Assembly: GCA_003971905.1 (NCBI GenBank)
Contig: RSEE01000002.1
Coordinates: forward strand, 310,001 to 374,000
Length of the DNA: 64,000 nt
Reading direction: 5' to 3'
Source: Moniliella sp. 'wahieum'
Lineage: Eukaryota
Position 1 is the stretch's first letter; every line of letters begins with the position of its first letter. Positions 22,045 to 33,700 of the stretch are shown piece by piece. The notes under the pieces were generated by a model that made no database searches, was not told where the DNA came from, and saw only the letters and a program-made list of their open reading frames with translations. The translations under genes and the position numbers were made by a program.

Positions 22045-25000
22045 CTAGGCCAAATGGTACCGTTTACTCGGTGGGTCGGCGCGCTCGGGGGCCCAGTCCA
22101 TGCTCCGCTTGGTTCCGGCCAACTTACTCCGTGCTGCTGGCTTCAGGCCGGTTCATATCTTTGACCATGGGCGGGGGAGGAAGGCTGACGAGGGAGTGGA
22201 TGTCGGATGAAGCGGACTGCGCTTGTCTTCTGTCAAGCGCAGGTCTCCATCGTCGGCAAACTCCTCCAGCGCATAGTCCACTTGGTACCGTAATTTCTTG
22301 GGCGTCTTGCTAGTGGGGCATAAGGACGGATCTGCTGCTCCAACTCTTGCTGGGCATGCGTACGGAAGGATTCGATCCGGTCCGCCAATTGGTCCAGGGA
22401 AAGGTGCGTGGCCCGGCTGTATTCCTCAATGGCACTCGTGCGGGCCTGGGCAAAGGCGGTACCGACCTGGCTTTGGGTATGGGCGAAGCGTGAACTTGCC
22501 CCCGCCCCCTCCGAAGCTGCTTCGGCCAAGGCACGCGACGTCGACGCACCTTCCAGCAACAGCTTGCCCACCGCCCTTGCGCCGACGACAATACACCCTC
22601 CCAATTTGCCGCATCGTCCGAGCCGACTTGTGCCTGACGCTCCAGTTCTTCCTCGCAGTTTGAGTGAGTGTGTCGAGGTGCTTCTTGGTGTCCAGACTTT
22701 CCGTTTTAAAGGAAGAATAGACTTCCTTGTGCTGCGTCTTGAGCTTCGTCTGGGTCTCGCCGACTTGCGTCCAGAACGTACCTGCATTTTCACGAAGCGA
22801 GGGACCGCCTCCTTTTCGACCCGCGCCTGTTTCTCCTCGGCCGCCTCACAGCGAGTCAGCCGTGCAGCACTAGCTTCCACCAATTGGTTCAGTTGGCCCA
22901 TAATCTGGCCAACTTCCGCAGCAAAGGCGGTATGCTCCTGTTCGCGGACCTTGTGCCGCTCCTCCCGGCTGGTAAGCAGAGCCGCCGAAAGCTCCTGTAG
23001 TCTGGCTCCAAGCGAAGTAAGGTGGTCTTGTCCCATCGTGATGAGCGTGCCAGCGGCCTCTGCTTGTCCCGCAACGGCCTTTTGCAGTTCTGTACGGTGC
23101 TGCTTGAAGCTTTGCGTCGCCTCGGCCACCCGTTCTTGCAAGAGTTGAAAGAGCGAGTGACGTTGAGCACTGGCCTTGGCCGCCATGCTCTTCACCGGGC
23201 CATCTGCTCCTCATACAATGCACCCACATCTTGTTCTCCCTGGGTATGGTGCTCGGTGATACGGGCAACAAAGTTCGCATAGGTCTTGTGCTGCTCGTCG
23301 ACAAGGTTGTCAAACTCGGTCTTGTCACCCCTAGCTGGTCCGCAAATGCGCGCGAAGCTTCTGCTGAGCTGGCGCTGAGTTGGGTGGCGCGCATCTCAAT
23401 CTCCTCACTGAGCTGGGTGAGTTGGGACAGGCGAAGCGGCAGCGCCTGTTCGTACTCTTGGATTTTGGTCATGATCTCCTTCTCAATCATTGCAGTCGCT
23501 CAATCTTGGCCCGCAATCCTGTATTTTCTTCGATGCACTTGGCCAGGTCACGCTGGAGCCCCGAGGCCGAGGCATAGAGTTGTCTTGCCTTGTGTGTGAG
23601 GGAGGCGACCTTGGCCTCCTTGGACGCCAACGCTTCTTCCCTCGCCTGCAGCAACGCCTTGAGTTCTGCATTCTCGCTTTTGACGCATCAAACTCGGCTT
23701 GGCGCTTGCGGTCACGCTGGGTGTACTGTTCCACCTGTTCCTCCCACGAGGCAGCCTTGGCCTGTGCCACTTCATTTTCCCGTACCAACTCGTCACGCGC
23801 ACGCGTTACTGACTCTAGTTCGGACTGGACACGGGCCCAATGGTCCTCGCTGACAAAGTGGCCTTCCTTTAACAAGTTGGCCTGCAGGTCCCCCCACAGC
23901 TCGCGGCACTTGTGCTCCATCTCGTGCAACAGTCCAGGTCGGGAGCCTTGCTGTTCATCTCGGGCCGGTTCTTGATCGACTTGGCTCGCAGTGCATAGTC
24001 CAATGTCGACAGCGTCTCCTCCATGCTCTCCCGCGCTTGCGACACTGTTGCCACGATGCACGTCTTGGTTCCGCCCCCGAGCGAGTCTTGCAGCAAGCGT
24101 GTCAAGTTGGATTCGCTAGGAAACGGTAGAATGGAGTTAGATGCGGCTATGCTCGGGGGGAAGGTACGTACCGATACGGAACATGGGCGCTGCCCTCGAC
24201 CAGTGCATTGATCACCCGGCCCAGGGTAAGGAGACTTTTGTTGATCATTCCAGCTTCCCGGGCGCCCTTTTCCTTGGCTCCAGAGCGCTCAATACTTTCC
24301 GACCCACAGGTCAACAAGGTTGAGTTTGCCCACACGGTATTCGTCCGCATTCTCTTCTGTGCGCGAGTAGACGGTTAGAGTGCAAATGCTATGAGAGCGG
24401 GAAGATGTGTCGTTGCAGTTGGTTGCAGCCACCTGGCGCTTTTTGCTGCCGAGGCGAAGGAACTTGAGCCCATCCTCGGCCGAGTTGATGGGCAGCTCGT
24501 TGAGACCGCGCACGGTCGCACCGTCTTGCCTTTATCTTCGCAGATTTTGAGCGCGTTGCGGGTGGGGGTGGCGGGCGAGAGCAGATCGCGTAACTCTTCG
24601 TTGTACAGTTCGAGGAAGGTCATGCGTACTCGCAGCTCTTGATCTGACATCTCTTGATGGAAAAGACGGTCGAGGGTGCGTGGAATGATGCCGGCCTCGA
24701 TGTGGAAGGTCGAGTCGGTACCGAGCTTGCCCTCCATGGTGTGGGTTTTCCGGTACCAGTTGGCCATAGGCAAAGATGGTACATTTGTACCCACTCAGCA
24801 CGTCTTTGAGGATGGGCGAGACAACGTCTTGGTAGATGATGCTCTGCGGACACGGTCAGCTCGGAACCAAGGCAGAACAGGAGAGGAGACGCCAAGACAT
24901 ACCTGGTCCGCATCGGGGCCGAACACGCCATCAAACGTGTATGTCTTTTCTCTTCCAGCCGGCGCAATAACCGGCGCGAGGTCTTCCTGAGCGGTCGAAG

Positions 25001-25372
25001 CGGATGCCGGCTGGGCAAGAGCGACCTGGATCTGCGCCCGCGTGGGCCTGAGGTCGAGACGACGGGATGGGCCACCTCGGGCTCATTGGGTGCCCTGCCG
25101 CGCACACGCACGTACACGCGCACATCCTCGCCCTCGCGCTTCTTCTCGCCGGCCATGGCGCTGGGGGGCGTGGGGGGCGGGAGAGGCTGCTGCGAGAGAG
25201 GGGGGAGGGGCTGGGGGCGAGGGAGGAGGCACGGCGGGTGGCCCGGCGGCGGCGGCGGAGAGCGCGCGAGGCGGAGACGGTGCGGGTGCGGCGGGCAGAG
25301 GCTGGGGGGCGGGCGGGCCATGGCGGAGGCGCGGGCGGCGGCGGGGCGCCCGTTCTCGCGCAGGGGCGGCAT
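22045..25372 (-). CDS. Kinesin-5 (BimC/Eg5 family); introns near 24844-24903 and 24117-24171; heavily frameshifted
   Basis: [22 protein letters not shown](T)[107 protein letters not shown]; BimC-box-like PT.KTPKK near 22300. Confidence 0.95.
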
Positions 25373-25737
25373 GGTGTGGGCGGCGGCGGCGGGCACAGCA
25401 AGCGACTTGGAGGGACAGCCGACGCAGACGAGAAAGCCTTCGAGGCAAGGCAGCCGGGGAAGCAGCCAACACGCGCTGCGCTGTTGTTTTCTGCGCGCCG
25501 CGTCCCGCCGCGCCCCAGCGCACGTGACCACCGCCAGCCACGCAGGCACGATGTTTGCAGGGGATGGTGAGGCATGATGCATGATGCATGGTGATCGATG
25601 ATCCCCGCAGCGGCCGCGTCTGTGTGCCAAAAACCAAACTTTCATCCACGCATCCGACGGCAGTCCACTGGCCGCACTTGGCCTGATGATTAATTGGCCC
25701 ACCCGACGCCCTCCTTGTTGGGCTGCGCTGCAAAAAG

Positions 25738-25833
25738 TGGTCAATATGAGGCTTGAACTCATGACCTTGGCATCACCAACACTCCCAGCAGGACATATTA
25801 GTACCACGCTCTGACCAACTGAGCTAATCGACC
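25738..25833 (-). tRNA. tRNA-Ile(AAT) with about 22-nt intron
   Basis: GGTCGAT-TA-GCTCAGTTGGTCAGAGC-G-TGGTA-CT-AAT-A[tgtcctgctgggagtgttggtg]A-TGCCA-AGGTC-ATGAG-TTCAAGC-CTCAT-ATTGACC-A, followed by CTTTTT. Confidence 0.93.
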
Positions 25834-25997
25834 GCTTGTTTCAGGCCAGTCGCACAGATGAGCCGCTGCGCACCGGAGCGCAAACGTATGTGTCTGCTGT
25901 CCGTAGCCTACATTGCCTCCTGTGCCCCCACTGGGCCAACAACGCAGTACAAGAGAGGAGAATAACAGCGGCGGAGCGAGTCGGGACATGGTATCTA

Positions 25998-28888
25998 TCA
26001 TTTCCAGCATTCTCCAAACGAACGGGACGGGGGACGGGGGACGGGGACGGGGACGGGGGACGGGGCGCCGCGGCTGTGCCTCAGCGCGGAGGGGGTGAGC
26101 AGGATGGTCGATCCAGGGCAGCGAGGGTACGTGGTATACTTGAGCACTTCGCCCAGGAGATAAATGCGGCGACGATGAAAGTTGGCCAGCGCGCGGGCCG
26201 CGTTGGAGCGCACCTTGTCTTCCTGTTGCACTGCGGCTTCCAACAGCGGCACCGTTGCATCCCACGTGTGCTTGTGGGGACATGATGCGAGCGCGGGACA
26301 GGCGCCGGCATTGGCACCCCCGCTCGGCCAGCGCGCATGCACAGCGGGCAAGAAGGCTTCGTGTGCCAACAAATCTTTTTGCACTTGGAGCAGGCGAGCG
26401 CGAAGGTGGGTTGTTGTTCGGACACGGGTCGCACCGCTCCTCCCGGGGGGGTTGCGGTGCGACCCACAGTGCCACTTGCAGTGGCGCCTCCCTTTTGAGC
26501 GCGAGCCGGACCGAGGTAGCCAGGTGTTCTCGTGAGCCGGCAAAGCGCTCACGAGAGACGAGGTGGATTTGTTGGAACGCAAGGAGGAGATGGAGCGGAC
26601 ACTGCTCTGCCTCGCCACACTCGAGGTAGGTGTTGTGGAAGGCGTCTCAATCCGCTCCTCCTCGTCCGACGGAATCGATGTTAGGGACTGGGAATACGCA
26701 GCAGCCCGTGGGGGGGGACCCCAGCCATACTCCTCTGATCCCACCGCTGGCGGAAGTGGGGCCGGGTGCACCGGGCCGCCCAGTACAGACAGGCGCGAAC
26801 CCACTCGTCCGCCAGCACCGACGTTCCCGCCGCAAACGCCCATACTGCCCCTGACGGAAGATGCAGCGTCCAGCCTGCCTTGCCCTGCGGGGGTACCAAG
26901 TCCCCCAACGGTCCAGTCCAAGGATCGGGCCTATTTCGCTCGCTGGCAGTAGGCGCAACACGAGCCCGGGTATGGGCAAGCGGCACTTCACCCATGAGCA
27001 CGGCATGGGAGCGCCAGTCACCGCACCAACAGGAGCTGTGGTGTTGGGCAAGGTGATGACACCTAGGCGGTAGAAGCGGAGGTACCCATCCTCGATGAGC
27101 GCAAACGTTTCCGCCCACGAACGCAGATCCCGGTCTTGACCCGTTTGCCCATCGCGCCCTGCACTTGCTTACGCAACAGCAGCCCGAGATCGGTGTCGCA
27201 GTCTCAGGCGTCCCCGATGAAAGCACTTCGGTGTCGGCGATTGAACTGGATTGGGACACACGGGAGGGGAGAGGGCGAAACAGAAAGAGCAGGCGAACGG
27301 GACCTGGATCGGCGGGAAGGAGCGAGCCGTGGACTGGAAGGGGGAGAGTTAGTTCGATAGGAAGGAAGGAGCTGGTGCTTGCCCCCAGGAGCGAAGGAGG
27401 GTGCTTGCCCTCTTTGGGGCGTCACTGCTTTCAACCGCAGGGAGTCGGATCTGGTGGGCCTTGACGCCGGTATACATGTCCTTCAGAAGGGTTTCCATAT
27501 CGTTCCCCCACGCCTTCTCACGCTCTTCGGTATCAGTCTTTTCATCGATAGACAGAGGTAACAGCCCAGGGATCATCAAAGGACCAGTTCCGAAAGACAT
27601 GCTGAGCCGATTCAGAGCACGTGCCGCACGACGAGGGGCTTGCATGTGGGCGGCTCCGCTGCTCGGGGCGGGGGGAGGTCGGGGAGACGGATCGGACGAG
27701 GCCGATTCTACCTCCATCCCAATCGAAGATTCCTGGCGTGGCGGTGGCTCCGATTCCTCCTCCAAGTCCGCCTTGTGCTGGGCGATCCAAGTGGCAGCGG
27801 GCGCAACCCCATCAGACGCAAGAGCACGCATCGTGTTTACCACATACTCGGAACGGGTCATATTTCGTCCGTTGAGATCAGCGACGTGCAAGTCGGTGTT
27901 GAGCAAGACAAGTGAGTAGGCAAGAGAGTGCACGGCGGCAGGGGAGAGAAAAAGGAGAGTGCGCTGGCTGGTGGGCAGGCATTCCCAGTACCGTTGGGAA
28001 AGGCAGCGAGCAAACGGTCAACCTCTTGCGTCTCAGCCTTGAGGTACAGATGGTCACACAATCGTCGGAAAGCAGCGTCGATCCGAAGATGATGCAAGTC
28101 CAGGCGAGCAAAATATGCGGTCCTGGTGGCTTCAGCATCGGGATGGTCCGATCCGAGCCAGGCGGCGACCTTGCTGCGCGGGAGAAAGGTAGCGTCGCCG
28201 GCCCAGATGCGGCGGGCCAAGATCTCGCCACTGGCATGGTTGGATGGCTCAGCTGGGGAAGGAACGGTGGGGGGGGAGAGGGAGAGGGGGGGGTCGGAGA
28301 GGGGTTGATTGGATGGAGCGGACGAGTCGAGGAAGGACTGGTCCAGGGAGAGAGAAGGCAAGACAGGGGGACATCGGGGATGGATAGTGGCTCGGGTGGG
28401 GGAGGAGTGGCTGCGCGGCGCGAAGGAGGGGCGAGCTGCATCCAAGTGAAGAGCCGGCCCCCGGGCTTCTTGACGCGGGTGCGGGAGGAGCCAGGGGGTG
28501 GTTGCTCGGTGGGGGCGGGGAGGGTGCGGCCAGGGACATGCGCGAGGGCGTGATCGAGGCTGTGGGGGAGGCGGCAGAGGCGGGGCGCGGGGAGGCGCGG
28601 GGGGCATCGGCGTGCGTGCGCGTGCGCGTGTGGTGTGCGTGTGTGGCGGCGGGGACGGAGAGGAGATGGGGGTGGCGGGAGAAGGAGCGGCGGGCGAGGG
28701 CGCGAGGGGGGCGAGGGGGCGCGGCGGGCGAGGCGGGGCATGTGCGGTGTGCTCAGGCACGTGGGTTGCATGTGTTGGTGCTGCCGGAGCGGCGCCACAC
28801 ACACTGCGCCTGGGCGGAGGATCGCCAACCCTAGGCGGCGCGCTGGTCGCATCATTTGTGCGCCGCTGGGCGAATGCAATGCGTCCAT
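25998..28888 (-). CDS. Sec7-domain Arf GEF with probable PH domain (Syt1-like); ends approximate
   Basis: KVAAWLGS...TAYFARLDLHHLRIDAAFRRLCDHLYLKAETQEVDRLLAAF; VHSLAYSLVLLNTDLHVADL..NMTRSEYVVNT; METLLKDMYTGVK; PH-like DGYLRFYRLG..GEVPLAHTRA; Pro-rich N-terminus. Confidence 0.88.
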
Positions 28889-29989
28889 CCCATGTCCACA
28901 GCGCCCATCACCATCCACACCCTCAGCAGCGCCTCAGCCTCCGGCCCGACGCCTTCCCGCCCGACAGCGGCCATCGCAGGCCATCCGGCCATCGCCCGGG
29001 GTCCCTGCGACCGGGTGGGATATGTGACGTGGGATCCCCTGGCCTCCCCGCCCGTCTGGCTCGGTTTTGCGTGGGGCACGTCAAATGTCACACGGCCATG
29101 TCACATGACAGCTGCGGCTCCTTCGACGCGTGACGGTTGGACGTTGATCTATCGTTGACCATGCACCCATGTCGATGACTAGATGACTATGGTGTGCTTG
29201 GCAGTGGGATGGCCGCGATGGTTAGAGGGACACGGTGGACAGACCGGCTGGCAGTGTTTGGATTGGGGGGCCTGCCGCTGCGGTGCCGTTGTGGTTTGTT
29301 GGGAGCAGAATGAAGGCGGTGGCAGGCACAGGAATGAGTCAGGAGGGAAAAGGAGGGGGGGCGCTGGGTAGAGGAGTTGCGCTGAGGTGCAAGAAGTTCC
29401 GATGAGATAGAAACCACAAAGTGTTAACATGTAATCGCGAGAAACCGTCATGTGTAACACAAGTACTAAATCGCGGTATATTGTAGCAAGCAGAGAAAAC
29501 AACAGACTCAATCATTGCCTCTGGGCTCGAGGCCTGAGGGATTGACGGGGAGAGATCAGATCACCGGCCTCACCGCCCCGAATTGTGAGGGATGTCGATG
29601 AGCTCATGCATCATGAACGCTGCGCCGCAGATCCGATGAGGTCGGTGAGGCCGAGGCCGGTGAGGCTGGTTACGCGTTACGCCAGGATATAGTTTGTATG
29701 TGCCTAATGGTGATGCCCGTGTTCTTGTGGAGCTTGGCGAGCTTCTGGCGATAGATATCGATGGACGTGACTGGCATGGAAAGAGTTTCCTAACAAGATT
29801 AGCATTCTGGAGGCATGCACCATGCACATCATGCCATCATGGCGAACTTCCTCTCCTTTCACCGGGGGTGCGGGGACGGCTTGAATCTGACTATATAGAG
29901 TGCGACTTGGGGAGAGCCTTCGGGGATCATATAGTCCTACGGGATGAGCTGTTGCAAAATAGCCTTCTCAGGCAAGGTAAGAAACATGT

Positions 29990-30180
29990 TGAAGCTAGTG
30001 AAGACGTTGAAGCTTGAGTTTGAAGCTTGACGCTTGAGCTTGACGCTTGAGCGCCTTGAGCCTGAAGCTTCAAGCTTGAAGCTCGAAGCTTGAAGCTTGA
30101 ACGCAACAAAGTTGTTAACTACTACAATCGCCAAGCAACGTGAACGCGTGAACATCGTGAACCGCCATGATGCATGAACA
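29990..30180. repeat. AGCT/ACGT/TGCA heptamer arrays
   Basis: ttgaagcttgagtttgaagcttgacgcttgagcttgacgcttga...gaagcttcaagcttgaagctcgaagcttgaagcttgaac; tgatgcatga at 30168-30177. Confidence 0.85.
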
Positions 30181-30715
30181 TCTCTATAGCACTCCCCCGC
30201 AATACACTAATGGCCGCAAAAACCTTGTGGGGGGAGCCAAAAATGCACAAGTCATGGCCACCGCATAGACAGAGATTTCATTAGTTTTCTATGTTGCGCA
30301 CAGTCCTAGATGGGTCTATTCTATTGCCGAATTCTTGTGTGGCGCTGCAAGCTCCCTCTTCCTTTCCCATCTATGAACATCCGTTTTTTTCTGCAACACT
30401 GCCTACGCTCTCTACCGCGTCAAATGTGGGAACGAGACACTATTATTTGTGAACATGCGGCCCGCGAGAGGCGGAGCACACCGGAAACAGGCGCAAGAGC
30501 CGGGATGCTAGTAGTAGTTTTACCGAACGAACAAGTAGGAGTCAGTGAAAGGAGGGTAAGGTGCCAGAAGTTGGAGACAGCAGGGACACTAGGTGGGATG
30601 AACGCAGATAAGACCAAAAGAACGAGACTTCTTTTAGAATCCCAGGGGGGAGAGGGGGGGAGGCTTCCGGCCAAGGCCATCATATCATCCCACAAGTACA
30701 TCCGAACGGATATAT

Positions 30716-33700
30716 TTACTCGTCGTTGCCCTCGGAACTGTGCTCTTCCGAGCCCTCGTTGATTGTGTCCAGGCCTTCTGGTTCCGCCAGCTCCGCCAGG
30801 TCGTACGAGTGCTCCAGCTCGTCCAGATCCGCCTCCTCAACGTGGGGGGCTCCCTTCAATAAAGCCGCCTGGTTGTCTTCGAGTTCACCTTCGTCCGAGT
30901 GCTGAGAGCTCGAGTCGTTTCCGAATTCAATTTTTGTCCTCAGGCTCATCTTGGATGCATCGGGTGTGGAGCCAGAGACGTCAGGGTTGTCCTCGCTTTC
31001 GGATATGGCTTCATGACCCTTAGCCTCATCGTGCACAGACTTGGTCTCCTCAGTTGTCTTGGACTTTGGCTTGGATTCCAACAAGGGAGAGGTTGCTCGG
31101 TCGAAACAGAAGACTTAGCTTGATGGGCATCTGGCTCCGAGGTCTCTGTCTCAGAGTTGGCATCGGAATTAGACGACTTCTCTGCGTCTGGCAGTGTAAC
31201 GCCCACTGTTTTGAACGCGTCCGCAAGGTCTTGAGTCTGGTCTGCTTTGGTACCCTCCTTCTCTTCTCCGTCTCCTCTTCCTCCTCCTTCTCATCTTCCT
31301 CTTCCTCTTCATCCTCTTCACCCTCCTCCTCTCATCCTCGTCATCCTCGTCATGTTCTTGCGAGCCTGTCTCCGACTCGCGAGGAAATCGCTGTACTCGC
31401 CATCTTGGTCATCGTCCACGTCCACGCCCTCGTCATCGTCTTCATCCTCGTCTTCATTCGAGGCTTTCGTCGCGGCGAGACGAGCCATCATCTCCGGCCG
31501 GGGCTGATTAGAGAAGGCCGAGACCGGTGCCGAAGGCGATGCGACGGTGGATGGTTGGGGACCAAACAAGTTCATGGGGGGCTTGGAGATGTTTCCAAGC
31601 CCAAGCCCGGCTTGGCAAATTGGCTGAACCCGCTCGAGGAAGCTGTGGCGAACGCCGAGTTGGATCGGGACGGGGCAGCAAAGGCAGATGTGGGAGCGCT
31701 ACCGAAGGCCGATGGAGCACCAAACTTCGCTTCTCGCCCGCCGGACCAAAGGAGAACGCGGATGCTGCCTTGGCAGGGCCAGCATTGGGGGTTGCAAACG
31801 CACCAAAGCTAGAAGGAGCCCCGAATTTGGCTTCACCGCTAGGGGGCGCGAAAGAGAATGCGGATGCGGGCTTGGCGGAGCCAGCGGTGGGGTTGGCAAA
31901 CGCGCTGAAACTCGACGAAGCCGAACTGGGTTCCTTACTTTTGTTTGCCCCGCGGAGGCCCACTTGCTCCCCTGCGACGCAGAGCCCTTGCTTGTGCAAA
32001 AGAAAATGGCGAAGAGGTATGTGCGAAAGCCCCAAAGCCCAATGACGATTTGCTTGCCGGTTTGGTATCGGCATCCTTAAGCCCGTCCTTATCCTTAGGC
32101 TCCTCCTTAGGCTCCTCCTTAGGCTCTTCCTTAGGCTCCTCCTTAGGCTCTTCCTTAGGCTCTTCCTTAGGCTCCTCCTTAGGCTCCTCCTTAGGCTCCT
32201 CCGCAGGCTCCTTCTTAGGCTCCTCCTTGGGTTCCTCCTTGGGCTCCTCCTTGGGTTCCTTGGGTTCCTCCTTGGGTTCCTCCTTGGGCTCCTCCTTGGG
32301 TTCCTCCTTGGGTTCCTCCTTGGGTTCCTCCTTGGGCTCCTTGGGCTCTTCCTATTGAGTTTCTTCAAGCTCGTCCATAGACGCCTTATTCGCCTCATCC
32401 TGGGGCTCATCCTTTGACTTGCTCTCAGACTCGTCCTTGGGCTCTTCTTCAAACTCGTCCCAGGTTCTTCCTTGGACTTGTCGTCTGACTTGTCCTCCGA
32501 CTTGCCCTCCCACTCGTCCTGAGGTTCTTGCTCAGTCTTGCCCTTTGACTTGTCCTGAGCTTCTTCAGTCTCGTCATTTGACTGGTCTTTCAACTCGTCA
32601 TTGTCCTTGGTCACTTCCGCACGGGGCTGGTCATCGCCAGGCGGGCCCTCGAACTCGTCACCAGATTCGTCCGTGGGCTCGGTAGGCACTTCCGACATGG
32701 CTGCCTCAGACTCTCTGGACGACGTCTCAGGCGCCCGCTCGTTGGGCTGGGGTGCCGTGGGTGGGCCAGAGGTAACGAAACTGCTGGGGCTTTCGTCTCA
32801 GGTGCGGGCTTAGAGACGGTGGGGGTGGGGAGGCAGAGCTTTCTTGGGATTGATCGCCTTTGGCCTCCTCGGGATTCGGAGAAGACTCTTTTGCCACCGC
32901 GACTCTTAGGCGCATTCTTCGTCGCAGGCATGGCCCCCATTCTTAGCACCGAATACATCGGACGTTGGGACCTGTCCAGCCCATGGGTTGTTCTTCAGCA
33001 CTCGGGTGGGCTCACGCAAGTCCTTCGCCCAGCTCATTCGCGTCACCTTCCTTTCGGAATCGGGCTCAGAGATTTCTGGAGCCTCGTGGTCCGGCTTTTC
33101 CATGGGGGGACGGGGCCGGGCTAACAGAGGATTGAAGATGCGATGGGTGTGTTCGCCTCAGGTTGGAAGCAACGGCGAACGGGAAGAAGGCAGCCTTGGG
33201 AGTCGTCTCCTTGGGTTCCTTGGGCTTTGCCTCAAGAGCACCTCCCTCCTTTGGCGCATTGCTCGGCGGAGGGAAGGAGAAGAGTGGTGCGGGAGCAGAA
33301 GAGACGTCGTTGGTCTTGGCAGGAGCCTTGGCCTCCTTCGTCGTAGAGGGAAGCGCCTCCTTTGACACAAATGAGAACGCCGAACCTGCTGTTCCCAAGC
33401 TAGAAGCTGGGGACACAGGGGCCGGGAGAAGATGCCTTTTCCGGTTTCGCCCCAAAGGTGAACCCAAGTTTGGGAGTCTGTACGGCAGCATTCAGCGCAA
33501 ACGCCGGGGTAGATGCGCCAAATGAGGGGAATGTTGGCTTTGAATCGGCCATCGCAGTCTGCTCAGGGGAGGATTGTACAGCCACAGTGGGCGCATTCAC
33601 GCGCGCAAGGGGCGGCGCGAAAGGCGCTGGAGGCGGGAAAGGTAGCGCCGTTTGTCCCTCCGAAAGCTGGAATCTCTTCGGGAGCTCAGGCTCGCTATCC

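Noticed and set aside
24931..29133. Many long overlapping Gly/Arg/Pro-rich ORFs on both strands
   Set aside because: Shadow frames of very GC-rich, low-complexity parts of the kinesin-5 and Sec7 genes.
32094..32352. CRISPR-like or noncoding repeat array
   Set aside because: Units are contiguous 12-mers without unique spacers and are in frame within a eukaryotic gene.
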